Assembly: GCA_938091905.1 (NCBI GenBank)
Contig: CALKOM010000023.1
Coordinates: 77,082 to 141,081 of the forward strand
Source of the DNA: an uncultured Verrucomicrobiales bacterium
Lineage (GTDB): Bacteria > Verrucomicrobiota > Verrucomicrobiia > Verrucomicrobiales > DEV007
Length of the DNA stretch: 64,000 nt
Direction: 5' to 3'
Shown here: one piece after another, positions 1 to 9,604 of the stretch
Position numbering within the stretch: the first letter of the stretch is position 1
Layout: each line of letters begins with the position of its first letter
The notes under the pieces: generated by a model
Database searches by the model: none
Told to the model about the DNA's origin: nothing
The model's input: the letters and a program-made list of their open reading frames with translations, nothing else
Program-made: the position numbers and the translations under genes

Positions 1-235
1 CTCCGAGTCGTCGTGTGGTCAGTCCAGGACCGCGGCCAGGGTGCATGGGGGCGCGCCCTTGGAGATTGGGCAAGGCTGTGGTGGTTCTACCGTCGCCTCC
101 ATAGGTGGTGCCAATGAGGGAGAAGAGAGCGGTATTCTGGGCGATCGGGAGCAACTGCCCATAACAGAACGCCCAGCTTCTAGGAGCAAATTTGCCAGCG
201 AAGATGCGGATCTCAGCGATGAAAGGTTCTGACAT
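1..235 (-). CDS. Phage tail-collar domain protein (MdpB-like), third tandem paralog, truncated by the window edge
   Basis: Not in the ORF track. Manual translation from ATG at 235 gives MSEPFIAEIRIFAGKFAPRSWAFCYGQLLPIAQNTALFSLIGTTYGGDGRTTTALPNLQGRAPMHPGRGPGLTTRRLG, collinear with the two upstream paralogs. Confidence 0.9.
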   Translation of the reverse strand, partial: MSEPFIAEIRIFAGKFAPRSWAFCYGQLLPIAQNTALFSLIGTTYGGDGRTTTALPNLQGRAPMHPGRGPGLTTRRLG

Positions 236-818
236 GAAGATAGAAGCTTGAGTTAGTTTCGGGATGGGAAGAGGCCGAAGAGCGCCACGATGAAATTCAC
301 GCAGACGAAAGGTTGGACATTGTCATGCGCTTGGCTGCCTCCCGTGTGTCCGATCGCATCTGCGTTCATGGCAGCGCGTTGTGTGGCACCGGCCTTGTAG
401 GTGAGAATGGTGCCTCCGGGATTGGCAAAGATGGCACCATCGGGAGAGTTGGCCGTGCCTGTACCCGTGGTCCCTCGCGAGGTATGCGTGTGGGAGCCGA
501 TCTGTGAGGCTGAGAGAATCTCACCCTCCTGCCCCGACTTGCTTCCGAGGGGGCGGTTGGACAGTCCTGGGCCCCAGCCTTGGTGAATGGGAATGCGCCC
601 ACGCATGTCTGGTAGGCCAAAGGTGGTGCGGCCGTCGCCACCGTAGGTTGTGCGTAACAAACTGAAGAGCACGTCATTCTGAGCGACGCCTATCAATTGC
701 CCGTCACAGAACGCCCAGCCTCTGGGAGCGAATCTCCCAGCAAACATTCTGATTTCGCCTACAAACGGTTCTGACATGAAAATAGAAGCTTGAGTTAGTT
801 TCGGGATGGGAAGAGGCC
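225..818. repeat. 52-bp direct repeat (225-276 and 767-818; 51/52 identical) spanning the junctions between tail-collar genes
   Basis: ggttctgacatgaa(g/a)atagaagcttgagttagtttcgggatgggaagaggcc occurs at both junctions. Confidence 0.9.
253..777 (-). CDS. Phage tail-collar domain protein (MdpB-like)
   Basis: GEIRMFAGRFAPRGWAFCDGQ...TYGGDGRTTFGLPDMRGR collar signature, HTH (HxH) motif, C-terminal HDNVQPF...GLFPSRN. Confidence 0.92.
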   Translation of the reverse strand: MSEPFVGEIRMFAGRFAPRGWAFCDGQLIGVAQNDVLFSLLRTTYGGDGRTTFGLPDMRGRIPIHQGWGPGLSNRPLGSKSGQEGEILSASQIGSHTHTSRGTTGTGTANSPDGAIFANPGGTILTYKAGATQRAAMNADAIGHTGGSQAHDNVQPFVCVNFIVALFGLFPSRN

Positions 819-1301
819 TCGCATGGCGATGCAGAAGGCGAGGGTCGTGTAAGGCTGCATGTTGTTGTGCGCCTGCCCACCGGCATTGGCGAGCATGCCA
901 GGGTCCATGCTGGCGTTAGGTGTACCGCCAATGTTGAACAAATTTAGGCTTGCAGTGTTGGAAGCGAAGTAGTTTCCCCCAACTGTGGAGGCGGCTGCCG
1001 TCGTATTGGAAACCCGCACGGTGTGCCGATGCGGTGGAATCTCTGAGGCGTCGAGCAAGTGCGTTTCATAGCCGCCCTTATGGCCCAGGGAGTGACCATT
1101 GCCCTCTTGGATGGGCGTGCGCCCCCGCAAATCAGGAAGCCCAAAGGACGTGCGACCGTCGCCACCGTAGGTTGTGCCTAACAAACTGAAGAGGGACTGG
1201 TTCTGATTGATTGGCAAGATCTGCCCATCGCAGAAGGCCCAACCCCGAGGGGCAAAGTTGAATCCCACGATACGAATTTCTGCAAGAAAGGGTTCTGACA
1301 T
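795..1301 (-). CDS. Phage tail-collar domain protein (MdpB-like)
   Basis: AEIRIVGFNFAPRGWAFCDGQ...GTTYGGDGRTSFGLPDLRGR, HRH motif, C-terminal HNNMQPY...GLFPSRN. Confidence 0.92.
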   Translation of the reverse strand: MSEPFLAEIRIVGFNFAPRGWAFCDGQILPINQNQSLFSLLGTTYGGDGRTSFGLPDLRGRTPIQEGNGHSLGHKGGYETHLLDASEIPPHRHTVRVSNTTAAASTVGGNYFASNTASLNLFNIGGTPNASMDPGMLANAGGQAHNNMQPYTTLAFCIAMRGLFPSRN

Positions 1302-1325
1302 AGGTGTGAAGTCTGAAATCTCAAA

Positions 1326-4223
1326 TTAAGGGACGACGACGGATGGGTCTGTTGGATCCGTGCTCGACAGGTTGACTGTGCCATTCACGATCGATGCCTG
1401 GCCGTTCAAGTTGGTGCCTTGGTCGGCAATGACGCCATCGACTGTCCCCGCGCTTGAGCCATCGATGAACAAGTGGACATTGGCAGAAGTGGCGACGTCG
1501 AATTCAAAGGCGTTGTGGGCAAAGCCAGCATCGAAATCGACAAAGATCTGGTCGCTCGAAGAAGCCGTTTGGAACTCAACGCTCTTGTCGCTGCGGAAGT
1601 TAAACATCGTGTCGTGATCCGGAATGATTTGGTTCTGTTTCTCGATGTGCACTTCGCCGCCGTTGCGCGTGTTGTGGACGATCGACTCGTAGGGAAACTC
1701 TTGGGTTGCTGACACGCCGAGGTCCGTGTTGTCGGCATTGCCACTGGTGACGTCGTGGATGATCTCATTACTCACGAAATGATGGTAGTGCTCGGCATTG
1801 TCCGTATCCGTGCGGGCAATGTGTCCCCAGACTTCACGGTGCGTGTTGTTCTGAACGATGCTTTCCCCGGTGGTTCCATCTTTCGCGGTGATGTTTAGGC
1901 TCGCGCCAAATTGGGCTGCATTGTCGCCTTGCAGGCCTTCGAGCGTGTTGTTCGTGAAGATCGCTTCAAAGGTGCTTCCAGTTCCGCCGATGATCATTTC
2001 GACTTCACCCTGGGGGAAGCCTTTGAAGGCGAAGCTACTTCCGGCATCGGTAAGATGATCGGTGACTTGGAAGGTGTTGCGCGAGACGTGCACATCGAGA
2101 TCTCCAGAGAAGGCAGGCGCATTCGGCGCCGTTCGGATATTCATGGAACCGTAGTCACCTTTGCCACAATTTAGAAACGTATTGCCTAACAAATCCTCTA
2201 AGTCGGCAAGATCACCGATGATGATGTCTGCTGTGACTGAACCGGCCACATAAACTTCCAAGCCAGCAGCGCCGACACTCACATCAGCACTGGTGAACTC
2301 TTTCAAGGATCGCTCAAAGTGATTGCGCGTCAGGTCGAATCGAACACTACCACTATCCGCAGTGATGAACTGAGCTAAACCAGATCCATGCTGGAAGGTG
2401 TTGTTATCCAAGGTCACCTGACCGCTGATGCCGTGAACTCGGATCATGGATTCACGGAAGACCGAGCGGGTGTCGTCACCGATATTTCCAGGCAGATGGA
2501 AACGATTTGTATCCGTGATAGATGAGTTGGTGATCTCAAGGCCGACCAAGGTTGTCCGTTCGGTGTAGGTGACGGGCACATCGAATGGCGTGGCATTGAT
2601 GGCGCAATCACTGACGTTATCGATCCGCACGCGGTCGAGACTCAAACCACCTGCGAGTGCCGCCGCATGAATGGCATCGGCACCGCTTTGATAAGTGGTC
2701 GTGAGCATGGCGTCATCCGTGCCGTTGATGTCATTGATATCGAGATTTCTCAGGGTCATCAAGCCGGCGTTGGCAGCCAGGCGAACAGCATCAACGTCAG
2801 TCTTGTTCGTGATAAAGCCTGCGCTCCCCAAGGTCGTGCCTGTGCCTGTGAGCGTGAATGGCCCAACAGTGCCGAGAACTTGAAGGCCAGGCTCAGTGCC
2901 GCCAGTCGATTCGATGCGTTCCAAACTCACACCAGCCCCCGCCACCCCAAGTGTCGTGCTTTGCAGATTGACAGCTCCGCCACTCTCACAAATGACCTTG
3001 GATCCCGAAGCGAAATTCACTGTTGTCTGGTTGGCGCCGAGACCCGCAAAGAGGATCCCTTGGCCACCGCCCGTGCACTGCAGATCCACCATTCCAAAGT
3101 TCGCGTTGCCCGATACATTTAGAGCCCGAATCCCGTTCTGACTTCCTCCATTCTTCACGATGGAATCGAAGCTGACGTTCAAGTTGCCTCCATTGAGAGC
3201 GAGGCTTCCCCCTGATCCAGAGATGGCCATTTCGCGAATCACTAGACTGCCAAACGTGGTCCCAGCGATCGCAGCGAGATCCGTGTCGGCGATGTTTAGA
3301 CCGCGCAGCACGTTCGCCGCGGCCAAGTTGATAGCATTTCCGCTAGAAGTATTCAAAACCGGGCGGGCACCTTGACTCGGCAAAGCAAGCGAATGGGGAG
3401 GAAGCGTGAGCCCGCAGAAGTCGTGGAGGCTTTGGCTAGATCCCTGGCCCATGACGCGTTGATTGTTCGCTAGATTGAGACTGTCATTGTAACTACCCGA
3501 GTAGATAAACAAACAATCGCCATCGGCATCCATGGCGTTGCTGTTGTGCTGCGCGAGGGTCTGGAATGGACTGCCCAGACGTCCATCGCCCGCCGAGGGA
3601 TTTGAATCGTCAAAGAACCAGATCATCCCAGTGACGTTGATGCTCACCTCGACGACGCCATTGCCTGTGCTGGCATCATTGAGAGCATCTTCATCTGTGA
3701 TCACGTAGGTGAACGTATCCGCGCCCTGAAACCCGACAGCAGGCATGTAAGTGAATGCGCCATTCAGGCTCATGCTGACCTGCCCGCCACCTGATGTGGC
3801 GATGCTTGGGGGACCGGCTTGAAGATCGCTGATACCGTTCCCGTTTGTTCCGTCCGGATCACGGTCATTAGCCAACACCCCTGCTGCTGCTGCCACCTGT
3901 ATGCCGACATTCCCCATGCAGTCATAGCTGTCGTCCAAGGCAATGGGCGTCACCATGACGGAATCGCCTATTAACGTAGTGTTCGCATCGACCGCGGTTT
4001 CATAAACGAGATCCGTACCGCTGAAGCCGCTGGTATTGGTGATCTCGGCTTCCAGAGTGATGCTCTCACCAGGATTGGCTTTGCCGTCCGTCTTCACTTC
4101 CTCCCCCAGAGTATCGTCCAGGGTGATGTCCAGGTTCGGGGTGGGAACGCCAGCGATCGCCAGCCACGTGCCAATGCCAATCACGGGTAGGCAGACGATT
4201 CCGAGTAGAGTTTGATGTTTCAT
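1326..4223 (-). CDS. Large secreted/surface protein with cadherin/Big_9-like Ig domain and probable right-handed beta-helix
   Basis: Hydrophobic N-terminus after the probable ATG at 4223 (MKHQTLLGIVCLPVIGIGTWLAIA). Ig-like motifs ALDDSY...GVLANDRDPD...FTYMPAVGFQGADTFTYVITD, then GDGRLGSPFQTL and a long G/N/T-rich beta-strand region. Confidence 0.75.
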   Translation of the reverse strand: MKHQTLLGIVCLPVIGIGTWLAIAGVPTPNLDITLDDTLGEEVKTDGKANPGESITLEAEITNTSGFSGTDLVYETAVDANTTLIGDSVMVTPIALDDSYDCMGNVGIQVAAAAGVLANDRDPDGTNGNGISDLQAGPPSIATSGGGQVSMSLNGAFTYMPAVGFQGADTFTYVITDEDALNDASTGNGVVEVSINVTGMIWFFDDSNPSAGDGRLGSPFQTLAQHNSNAMDADGDCLFIYSGSYNDSLNLANNQRVMGQGSSQSLHDFCGLTLPPHSLALPSQGARPVLNTSSGNAINLAAANVLRGLNIADTDLAAIAGTTFGSLVIREMAISGSGGSLALNGGNLNVSFDSIVKNGGSQNGIRALNVSGNANFGMVDLQCTGGGQGILFAGLGANQTTVNFASGSKVICESGGAVNLQSTTLGVAGAGVSLERIESTGGTEPGLQVLGTVGPFTLTGTGTTLGSAGFITNKTDVDAVRLAANAGLMTLRNLDINDINGTDDAMLTTTYQSGADAIHAAALAGGLSLDRVRIDNVSDCAINATPFDVPVTYTERTTLVGLEITNSSITDTNRFHLPGNIGDDTRSVFRESMIRVHGISGQVTLDNNTFQHGSGLAQFITADSGSVRFDLTRNHFERSLKEFTSADVSVGAAGLEVYVAGSVTADIIIGDLADLEDLLGNTFLNCGKGDYGSMNIRTAPNAPAFSGDLDVHVSRNTFQVTDHLTDAGSSFAFKGFPQGEVEMIIGGTGSTFEAIFTNNTLEGLQGDNAAQFGASLNITAKDGTTGESIVQNNTHREVWGHIARTDTDNAEHYHHFVSNEIIHDVTSGNADNTDLGVSATQEFPYESIVHNTRNGGEVHIEKQNQIIPDHDTMFNFRSDKSVEFQTASSSDQIFVDFDAGFAHNAFEFDVATSANVHLFIDGSSAGTVDGVIADQGTNLNGQASIVNGTVNLSSTDPTDPSVVVP

Positions 4224-4258
4224 ATGAAGCAAACAAGCGGTTTCGGAGGGTAACGGCC

Positions 4259-4279
4259 CCCGTAGAGTATCCCTACGGG
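4259..4279. promoter_or_regulatory. Short palindrome upstream of the surface-protein/tail-collar operon (possible operator or hairpin)
   Basis: cccgtag-agtatcc-ctacggg, about 36 bp before the ATG at 4223. Confidence 0.3.
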
Positions 4280-4530
4280 AAAAGCGACCAGGTGTTTCAG
4301 CTGGCCAGAAAAGAAGAGCGACATTCTAAGCACGGGGGGACGAACTACCAGGTCGGCCCGACGTTTGGCAAGCCTCTTACCAGGCAAATGGACGAATCTC
4401 CCGTTTCAGATAGCGCGCAGACTCGTCACAGCGCTTCCCCCCAGACCTGGACCATGATACTCCCGCGAAACGTGCAAGCACCACGAGCAAGTGGCTTCAG
4501 GATGCACGGCTACACAAAACCCATCTGAGT

Positions 4531-7500
4531 TCAGTCGGGCGCGTTCGGGGGTAGTCTTGCTTCATCCCCCTGCTCCGTTTCGGCATCGATCGCTACGGGC
4601 ATCTCGGATGGGCTAGATTCTTGCACCGGTTGGACATTGATATCCACATCCACGGGCACGGCACGGAGCTTGTTAATGATGTCTTCTAACTTCGCTATTG
4701 TCGCATCTGCTAGAGTCGCGGGCTGCTGCTGATGAGCCAAGGAAGCTGCAAGAACCTCCTGGATGCGATCCGTACTGGCATTGAAGGCGGCCAGTTGGCC
4801 AACCACGCGTGAAACAGGATCGTTGTCGCGCGCACCTCCCGTGAGGAGGTTGCGCGCGAAGGTCTTCTTGATCTCTTCCCAGCGCACGGAGTCTTCTTCT
4901 GTTAGGAATCCTTCAAGGTCTTGGAACTTCAACAGGTTGGCTTCGGCACCGGTCGTCAGCGTTTGAGATTCATTCTCGTAGTGATCCTTGATAACGTTGA
5001 TCACTTCTTCCTCCGTCATGATGGGCAGGATCTTTTCCGCCATGCGATTCATGTTTCTGTAAGAACCCTGAAGCTTAAATGGCGGCTCGGTGCGGTACTC
5101 GTCCGACTGCGCAGCGGAGCGAATGTATTCCAAGTTTACCCGCAGGACGGTGTCACGCACGCGCATGAGCTTGGTCATGACATCGACCATCTCACTGACC
5201 TCCTCCGGCGTGTAGTTGCCTTCGAAATCGACGCCATCAGCCGTGCCATTGCGAGCGATTTGAATGATCGCATGCACGTCTTTCTGGCTGCGCGATCCCA
5301 GGGGTGCGAGAATGGCGTTACTCGTCAGACAGTTCTCCAAATAGGAATCCTCAAACGCCTGCTGATGGGTACCGACGATATCACCGAGGTTGTAGGTATC
5401 GGCCCGGTTGGCCAGCATGTCAGGAATCTGAAACTTGCCTCCGCTTTCCGTGTAAGGATTGCCCGCCATCACGACAGCGACCTTGCGGCCACGCAAATCG
5501 TAGGTCCGGGCCACGCCATCGTAGACGCCCTCAATGCGTCGCTGGCCGTCGCAAAGTGAGATGAACTTCTGCAAGAACTCGGGATCACAGTGCTGAATGT
5601 CATCGAGGTAGATCATGACATTGTCTCCCATCTCAAGAGAGAGATTGAGCTTCTTGACCTCTTCTCGGGCACTTGCGTTAGGCGCTTCTACCGGATCGAG
5701 CGAGCGCACTTGGTGACCAAGAGCCGGCCCATTGACCTTCACAAAGGTCAATCCTAACCGATCCGCCATGTATTCCATCAAGGTCGTTTTACCGTAACCC
5801 GGCGGCGAGATAAGTAAAAGCAAGCCCATCCGGTCGGTGCGCGTGTCGGCCCCTGCCACACCAATCTGCTTGGCCAAGTTATCGCCAATCATCGGCAAGT
5901 AAACTTCGTCCAGCAACCGGTTCCGTACAAAGGAACTCATGATCCGTGGCTTGAACTCGTCCAATCGCAATAACTCACGTTTGTCCACCGTCAGCGTGTG
6001 TTTGATCTCTGTGTAGCGCTGAAAGAGAGGCAGCGTCTGGCGCTCAAATCTGGCGAGCTTGCTTAGAAACTTGGTGTAGTGGAGGTGATAGTTTCCCTGC
6101 GCGATCACAGCATGATTGCCTAACATGCCATCGATATCAGATTCCAACGGCACCTCAACAACCTCGGCACTTTGCACACCGCCTCGCAAGAGATGGGCAG
6201 CCGCCTCATCAAGATACGCATGACTGGAATCGAAAGCCCGTAGCCAATCGCGGATGACCTCAAACTCATCTTGAGGGAACTTGGCCAACTTCTTGCGCGC
6301 TGCTTCGAAGGCCGATTGCTGGCGTTTCGTTGCGAGCCCTTTCTGAAAAGCACTCACCAGGGACGCGGCTTCGGCGCTCACGGTGAAACTCGCGCCATCC
6401 ACCATCTCGTGAAAGAGATAGGCTGCGGTCTCCTCAGCGCCGTCGCCTAACCATTGCTGCAATCTCTCGATGTAGGTCGTTTGCAAGGCAGGCGCCTCGT
6501 CGAAAGCGCTGCGAACGGCACCGAAAGATTCTAGCTGATGAAAGAGACGCTGTTTCTCATGATCTTCTTTCCAAGCTCTCCACGCCACAATACCTTGAGC
6601 ACGCACTGCTGGATCATAGCGTAAGAGTCCCGCTTTGGCCTGCAACGGAAGGAGCCGTTTTAAAATACAGAAAGCGTCATGGTCATGGACCCCCTTGGTG
6701 TAGCCTTCGGCATAACGAGGTGCCATGAACTTTCGTAAGACTTCCAGCTCGACTTCCAGGTCACCCACATGCTCTTGGAAATAGCGATAGGCTAGGTACT
6801 CACCCCGGTAAACCTCTGAGCTTTCCGATAGGACTTCTTGGCTCCACGCAGGCTGCGTTTCCAAAAACACCGGATCCTTAATCGGCTCAAAGAAATTCGT
6901 GCCCGTGAGGTGGAAGCACATCGCCTCGTCGCGAGGCACGACGGTGAGCTCCAGCGTCTGTTGATTCACGGAGAATCGATGCTTTCCTAGTTGAATAATC
7001 GCCTTGCCATCGACGAACAGTTCCTTGCGATCCTTGAGCTGACGAACAGCATCCTCACGTTGACTCTTCAGCTTTGCCTGAATGGCATCCGCTTTGACCG
7101 AGTCACCGAGATCTTGCAACTGCGTGACGATGTCACGCACCTTCTCAATCATCAGATCAGATGCCAAGTAGGCGTTGATCTCGTGGAGTTCTTGAAAGCC
7201 GTCGAGCCGATTGTGAATACTCTGGAAGATGCGTTCGGCAGACTTTTCCAGGTTGGCAGCGCGCTTGTTGCGCGATTCTAACAAGCTGACTTTGCGAGCC
7301 TCAAACGCATCGTATATTTCGGTGCGTTTCTCGCCAAGCTCAGCCACATAATCATCGAACTCGGCATACTTGCCTTCGAGTTCCTCCAGCTGGACCATCG
7401 TCTTGCTCAAGTAAGACTCACACTTCTCTGGCGAATCACACAGTTCGAGGTAGTTGACCACGGCCTGATTGAGCAACTTAAGCTGCGCCTGAAACTGAGC

Positions 7501-9540
7501 AGCGCCTTCCTCACGCCCAAGCTCACGCAAGGTATTCTTCAAGGTCACACGGACTTGATTCAGCGTGCCGTAGATATCGGAAATGCCATCGATAATCTGA
7601 GTGGTCTGCGTCGCGTCCTCGATCTTGAGGTTGCTCACGATGTCGATGAGCATCTCCAGCTCTTCTCCCGTCTTTCCTAGCTCTTCGTCAATGACCTTGC
7701 CTTCGGCAGCCTTGGAAATCTTCTCGATCGCGACCTGCTGTTGTTCAACCTGATCTCGGTAAGGTCTTAGCGAATCGTCCTTGAGCAGAAACTCCACACA
7801 ATGTCCCGAGACCCGTTCCGCCACCTCCTGGACTTCTGATTCCAAGGCCTCAAGCTGCTCGATATTGACATACCGGACATCGCGCAAGGAGATGACTTCA
7901 CCACGCACGCCTCGCAAGTCTGCTAGATGATGCACATAGCCCATGATATCATCCGGGCGACTGTGTTCCGCTTTAGAAATAAGCTTTCGCGCACGCTCAG
8001 TGAGCGCCGTGGTCTGGGCCGTAGCGGATTTGCGCAGGCGGGTGACCTTCTCAAATTCCGCAATGGCAGATTCCGCAGCCGTCTGTATCGCCCCTAACGG
8101 TTCACTTAGAACATAGGCTTCCTTCTGACCTACCCAGAAATACGAGTTGCTGACATCCGAGGCTTTCTTGGCCAAGTCATGATAGAGATTTGCATACGCA
8201 TCGTCCTTGCCCAGGAGATTGAGCACTTCGTGGCACTCTGCCATGCAACGCACAATGTCCGCATTGCCCAATTTGTAGAGATAGTGATCCCTCTGCGCCG
8301 AAGGAGCTTGGGCATCAGCATCGATGTAGGGCGTTTGCCATACCTGGAGAGCGTGATGCTTCTGTGGCTGATCTTCGGTTCGGAAATAGATCAGTTCACC
8401 ATCCTCGAACACGCTGTAGCCTGAACAACTGATCGGCGTGTCAACTTGCTGATCAATGATGTTGTAAGACATTAGCACGTAGTCGCCAGAAGCGCGATTG
8501 TAGAAGACGTAAAGGTGGTCCTCGCCATTCGGCGCTGCGAGACGACGCTCAAAGATCATGTCCTTGGGCCCACTTTCAAACAGCTTCGTTTCGCCACTTT
8601 GCAGGTGAAAGCCATTCGAGAAGATGATGCCATGCTCGTCGGGCAAGAGCACACAAGCATTCTCAATCGCATCAAAGCGCTGCACCGTCTTGAGCTTCTC
8701 ATTGAAGACGAGGTAACGAAAATCGTTTTCTTGATAGGGTCGTATCTTCAGAACAATAAGACTGCCGATGATCGTGTAGAAGATCTCAGCATCATCGAGC
8801 GTCTGATCTGCCTCCGTCACCGGCTCAGCATAGATGCCTTCGCCACTGCTGGTGTTGTCTTCAACCTTAACAGTGAGATCTCCACCGACGGTTTCAACAA
8901 AGACTCGGTCTTCGATCGAGACATGAGGATGCTCGCCGCCACGCTGCATGTCACGGTGCGCACGGGTCCATTCAAAGTCTTGCTGCCTCGGGAAACTATA
9001 CTCGTGATCCGATCGATTCCCCTGGTAGACTAACGTTCCGTCATCTCGCAGAAGCCATTTGAACGTCTTGACGTCCGTGACATCCCGCCCGGCGCGAAAG
9101 GCCATGTAGAGGTGGGGCCCAATGACGAGGAACTTCGCAAAGACCGTGTCGCGGTAGTACTTGTAGAGATGGCCGAAGTCATGGAGGAAACTGTCGTCGC
9201 CCAAGATATCATCTAGCGGGACTGCGGTGAACGCATGCGTGGCGTTTTCATAGTGGTAAGCCGCAAAGACATCCGAAGGCGCGGTGGTCGACTTTAGACC
9301 AATGTGTACATTGAACCCAAAGAGAAAACGCCCCTGACCGATCGCTACCATATCGCGCGGCACACAGTTGTGCTGCGTGGTGACACGTTCTGTGGCAATG
9401 AGGCTGGGCTCGATCGCGCCAAAGACATCTTGGCGTTCTCGATTCAGCGACTCAAGCCGTCCGCGCAAGTCATCGCCTTGTGCTTGCAAGCGCTGGCGGA
9501 TGACCTCGTAGGCACCTGATTCTAACGTTTCTTCCGGCAT
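4531..9540 (-). CDS. Giant AAA+ ATPase of the DUF3686 / so-called 'DNA repair ATPase' family
   Basis: Probable ATG at 9540 (MPEETLESGAYEVIRQRL). Beta-rich N-terminal region, long coiled coil, Walker A SPPGYGKTT, Walker B MIYLDD, then MAGNPY and MLANRAD motifs. Confidence 0.88.
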   Translation of the reverse strand: MPEETLESGAYEVIRQRLQAQGDDLRGRLESLNRERQDVFGAIEPSLIATERVTTQHNCVPRDMVAIGQGRFLFGFNVHIGLKSTTAPSDVFAAYHYENATHAFTAVPLDDILGDDSFLHDFGHLYKYYRDTVFAKFLVIGPHLYMAFRAGRDVTDVKTFKWLLRDDGTLVYQGNRSDHEYSFPRQQDFEWTRAHRDMQRGGEHPHVSIEDRVFVETVGGDLTVKVEDNTSSGEGIYAEPVTEADQTLDDAEIFYTIIGSLIVLKIRPYQENDFRYLVFNEKLKTVQRFDAIENACVLLPDEHGIIFSNGFHLQSGETKLFESGPKDMIFERRLAAPNGEDHLYVFYNRASGDYVLMSYNIIDQQVDTPISCSGYSVFEDGELIYFRTEDQPQKHHALQVWQTPYIDADAQAPSAQRDHYLYKLGNADIVRCMAECHEVLNLLGKDDAYANLYHDLAKKASDVSNSYFWVGQKEAYVLSEPLGAIQTAAESAIAEFEKVTRLRKSATAQTTALTERARKLISKAEHSRPDDIMGYVHHLADLRGVRGEVISLRDVRYVNIEQLEALESEVQEVAERVSGHCVEFLLKDDSLRPYRDQVEQQQVAIEKISKAAEGKVIDEELGKTGEELEMLIDIVSNLKIEDATQTTQIIDGISDIYGTLNQVRVTLKNTLRELGREEGAAQFQAQLKLLNQAVVNYLELCDSPEKCESYLSKTMVQLEELEGKYAEFDDYVAELGEKRTEIYDAFEARKVSLLESRNKRAANLEKSAERIFQSIHNRLDGFQELHEINAYLASDLMIEKVRDIVTQLQDLGDSVKADAIQAKLKSQREDAVRQLKDRKELFVDGKAIIQLGKHRFSVNQQTLELTVVPRDEAMCFHLTGTNFFEPIKDPVFLETQPAWSQEVLSESSEVYRGEYLAYRYFQEHVGDLEVELEVLRKFMAPRYAEGYTKGVHDHDAFCILKRLLPLQAKAGLLRYDPAVRAQGIVAWRAWKEDHEKQRLFHQLESFGAVRSAFDEAPALQTTYIERLQQWLGDGAEETAAYLFHEMVDGASFTVSAEAASLVSAFQKGLATKRQQSAFEAARKKLAKFPQDEFEVIRDWLRAFDSSHAYLDEAAAHLLRGGVQSAEVVEVPLESDIDGMLGNHAVIAQGNYHLHYTKFLSKLARFERQTLPLFQRYTEIKHTLTVDKRELLRLDEFKPRIMSSFVRNRLLDEVYLPMIGDNLAKQIGVAGADTRTDRMGLLLLISPPGYGKTTLMEYMADRLGLTFVKVNGPALGHQVRSLDPVEAPNASAREEVKKLNLSLEMGDNVMIYLDDIQHCDPEFLQKFISLCDGQRRIEGVYDGVARTYDLRGRKVAVVMAGNPYTESGGKFQIPDMLANRADTYNLGDIVGTHQQAFEDSYLENCLTSNAILAPLGSRSQKDVHAIIQIARNGTADGVDFEGNYTPEEVSEMVDVMTKLMRVRDTVLRVNLEYIRSAAQSDEYRTEPPFKLQGSYRNMNRMAEKILPIMTEEEVINVIKDHYENESQTLTTGAEANLLKFQDLEGFLTEEDSVRWEEIKKTFARNLLTGGARDNDPVSRVVGQLAAFNASTDRIQEVLAASLAHQQQPATLADATIAKLEDIINKLRAVPVDVDINVQPVQESSPSEMPVAIDAETEQGDEARLPPNAPD

Positions 9541-9547
9541 GATAAAG

Positions 9548-9597
9548 GTAGCGGGGGGCATCCAGCCCCCGTGTCACGGGCTGGATGCCCGTGCTAC
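9548..9597. repeat. GTAG-type REP-like inverted repeat pair
   Basis: gtagcggggggcatccagcccccgtgtcacgggctggatgcccgtgctac. It has a perfect 13-bp stem gggcatccagccc/gggctggatgccc and terminal gtagc/gctac. Confidence 0.65.
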
Positions 9598-9604
9598 ATT
9601 ACGA

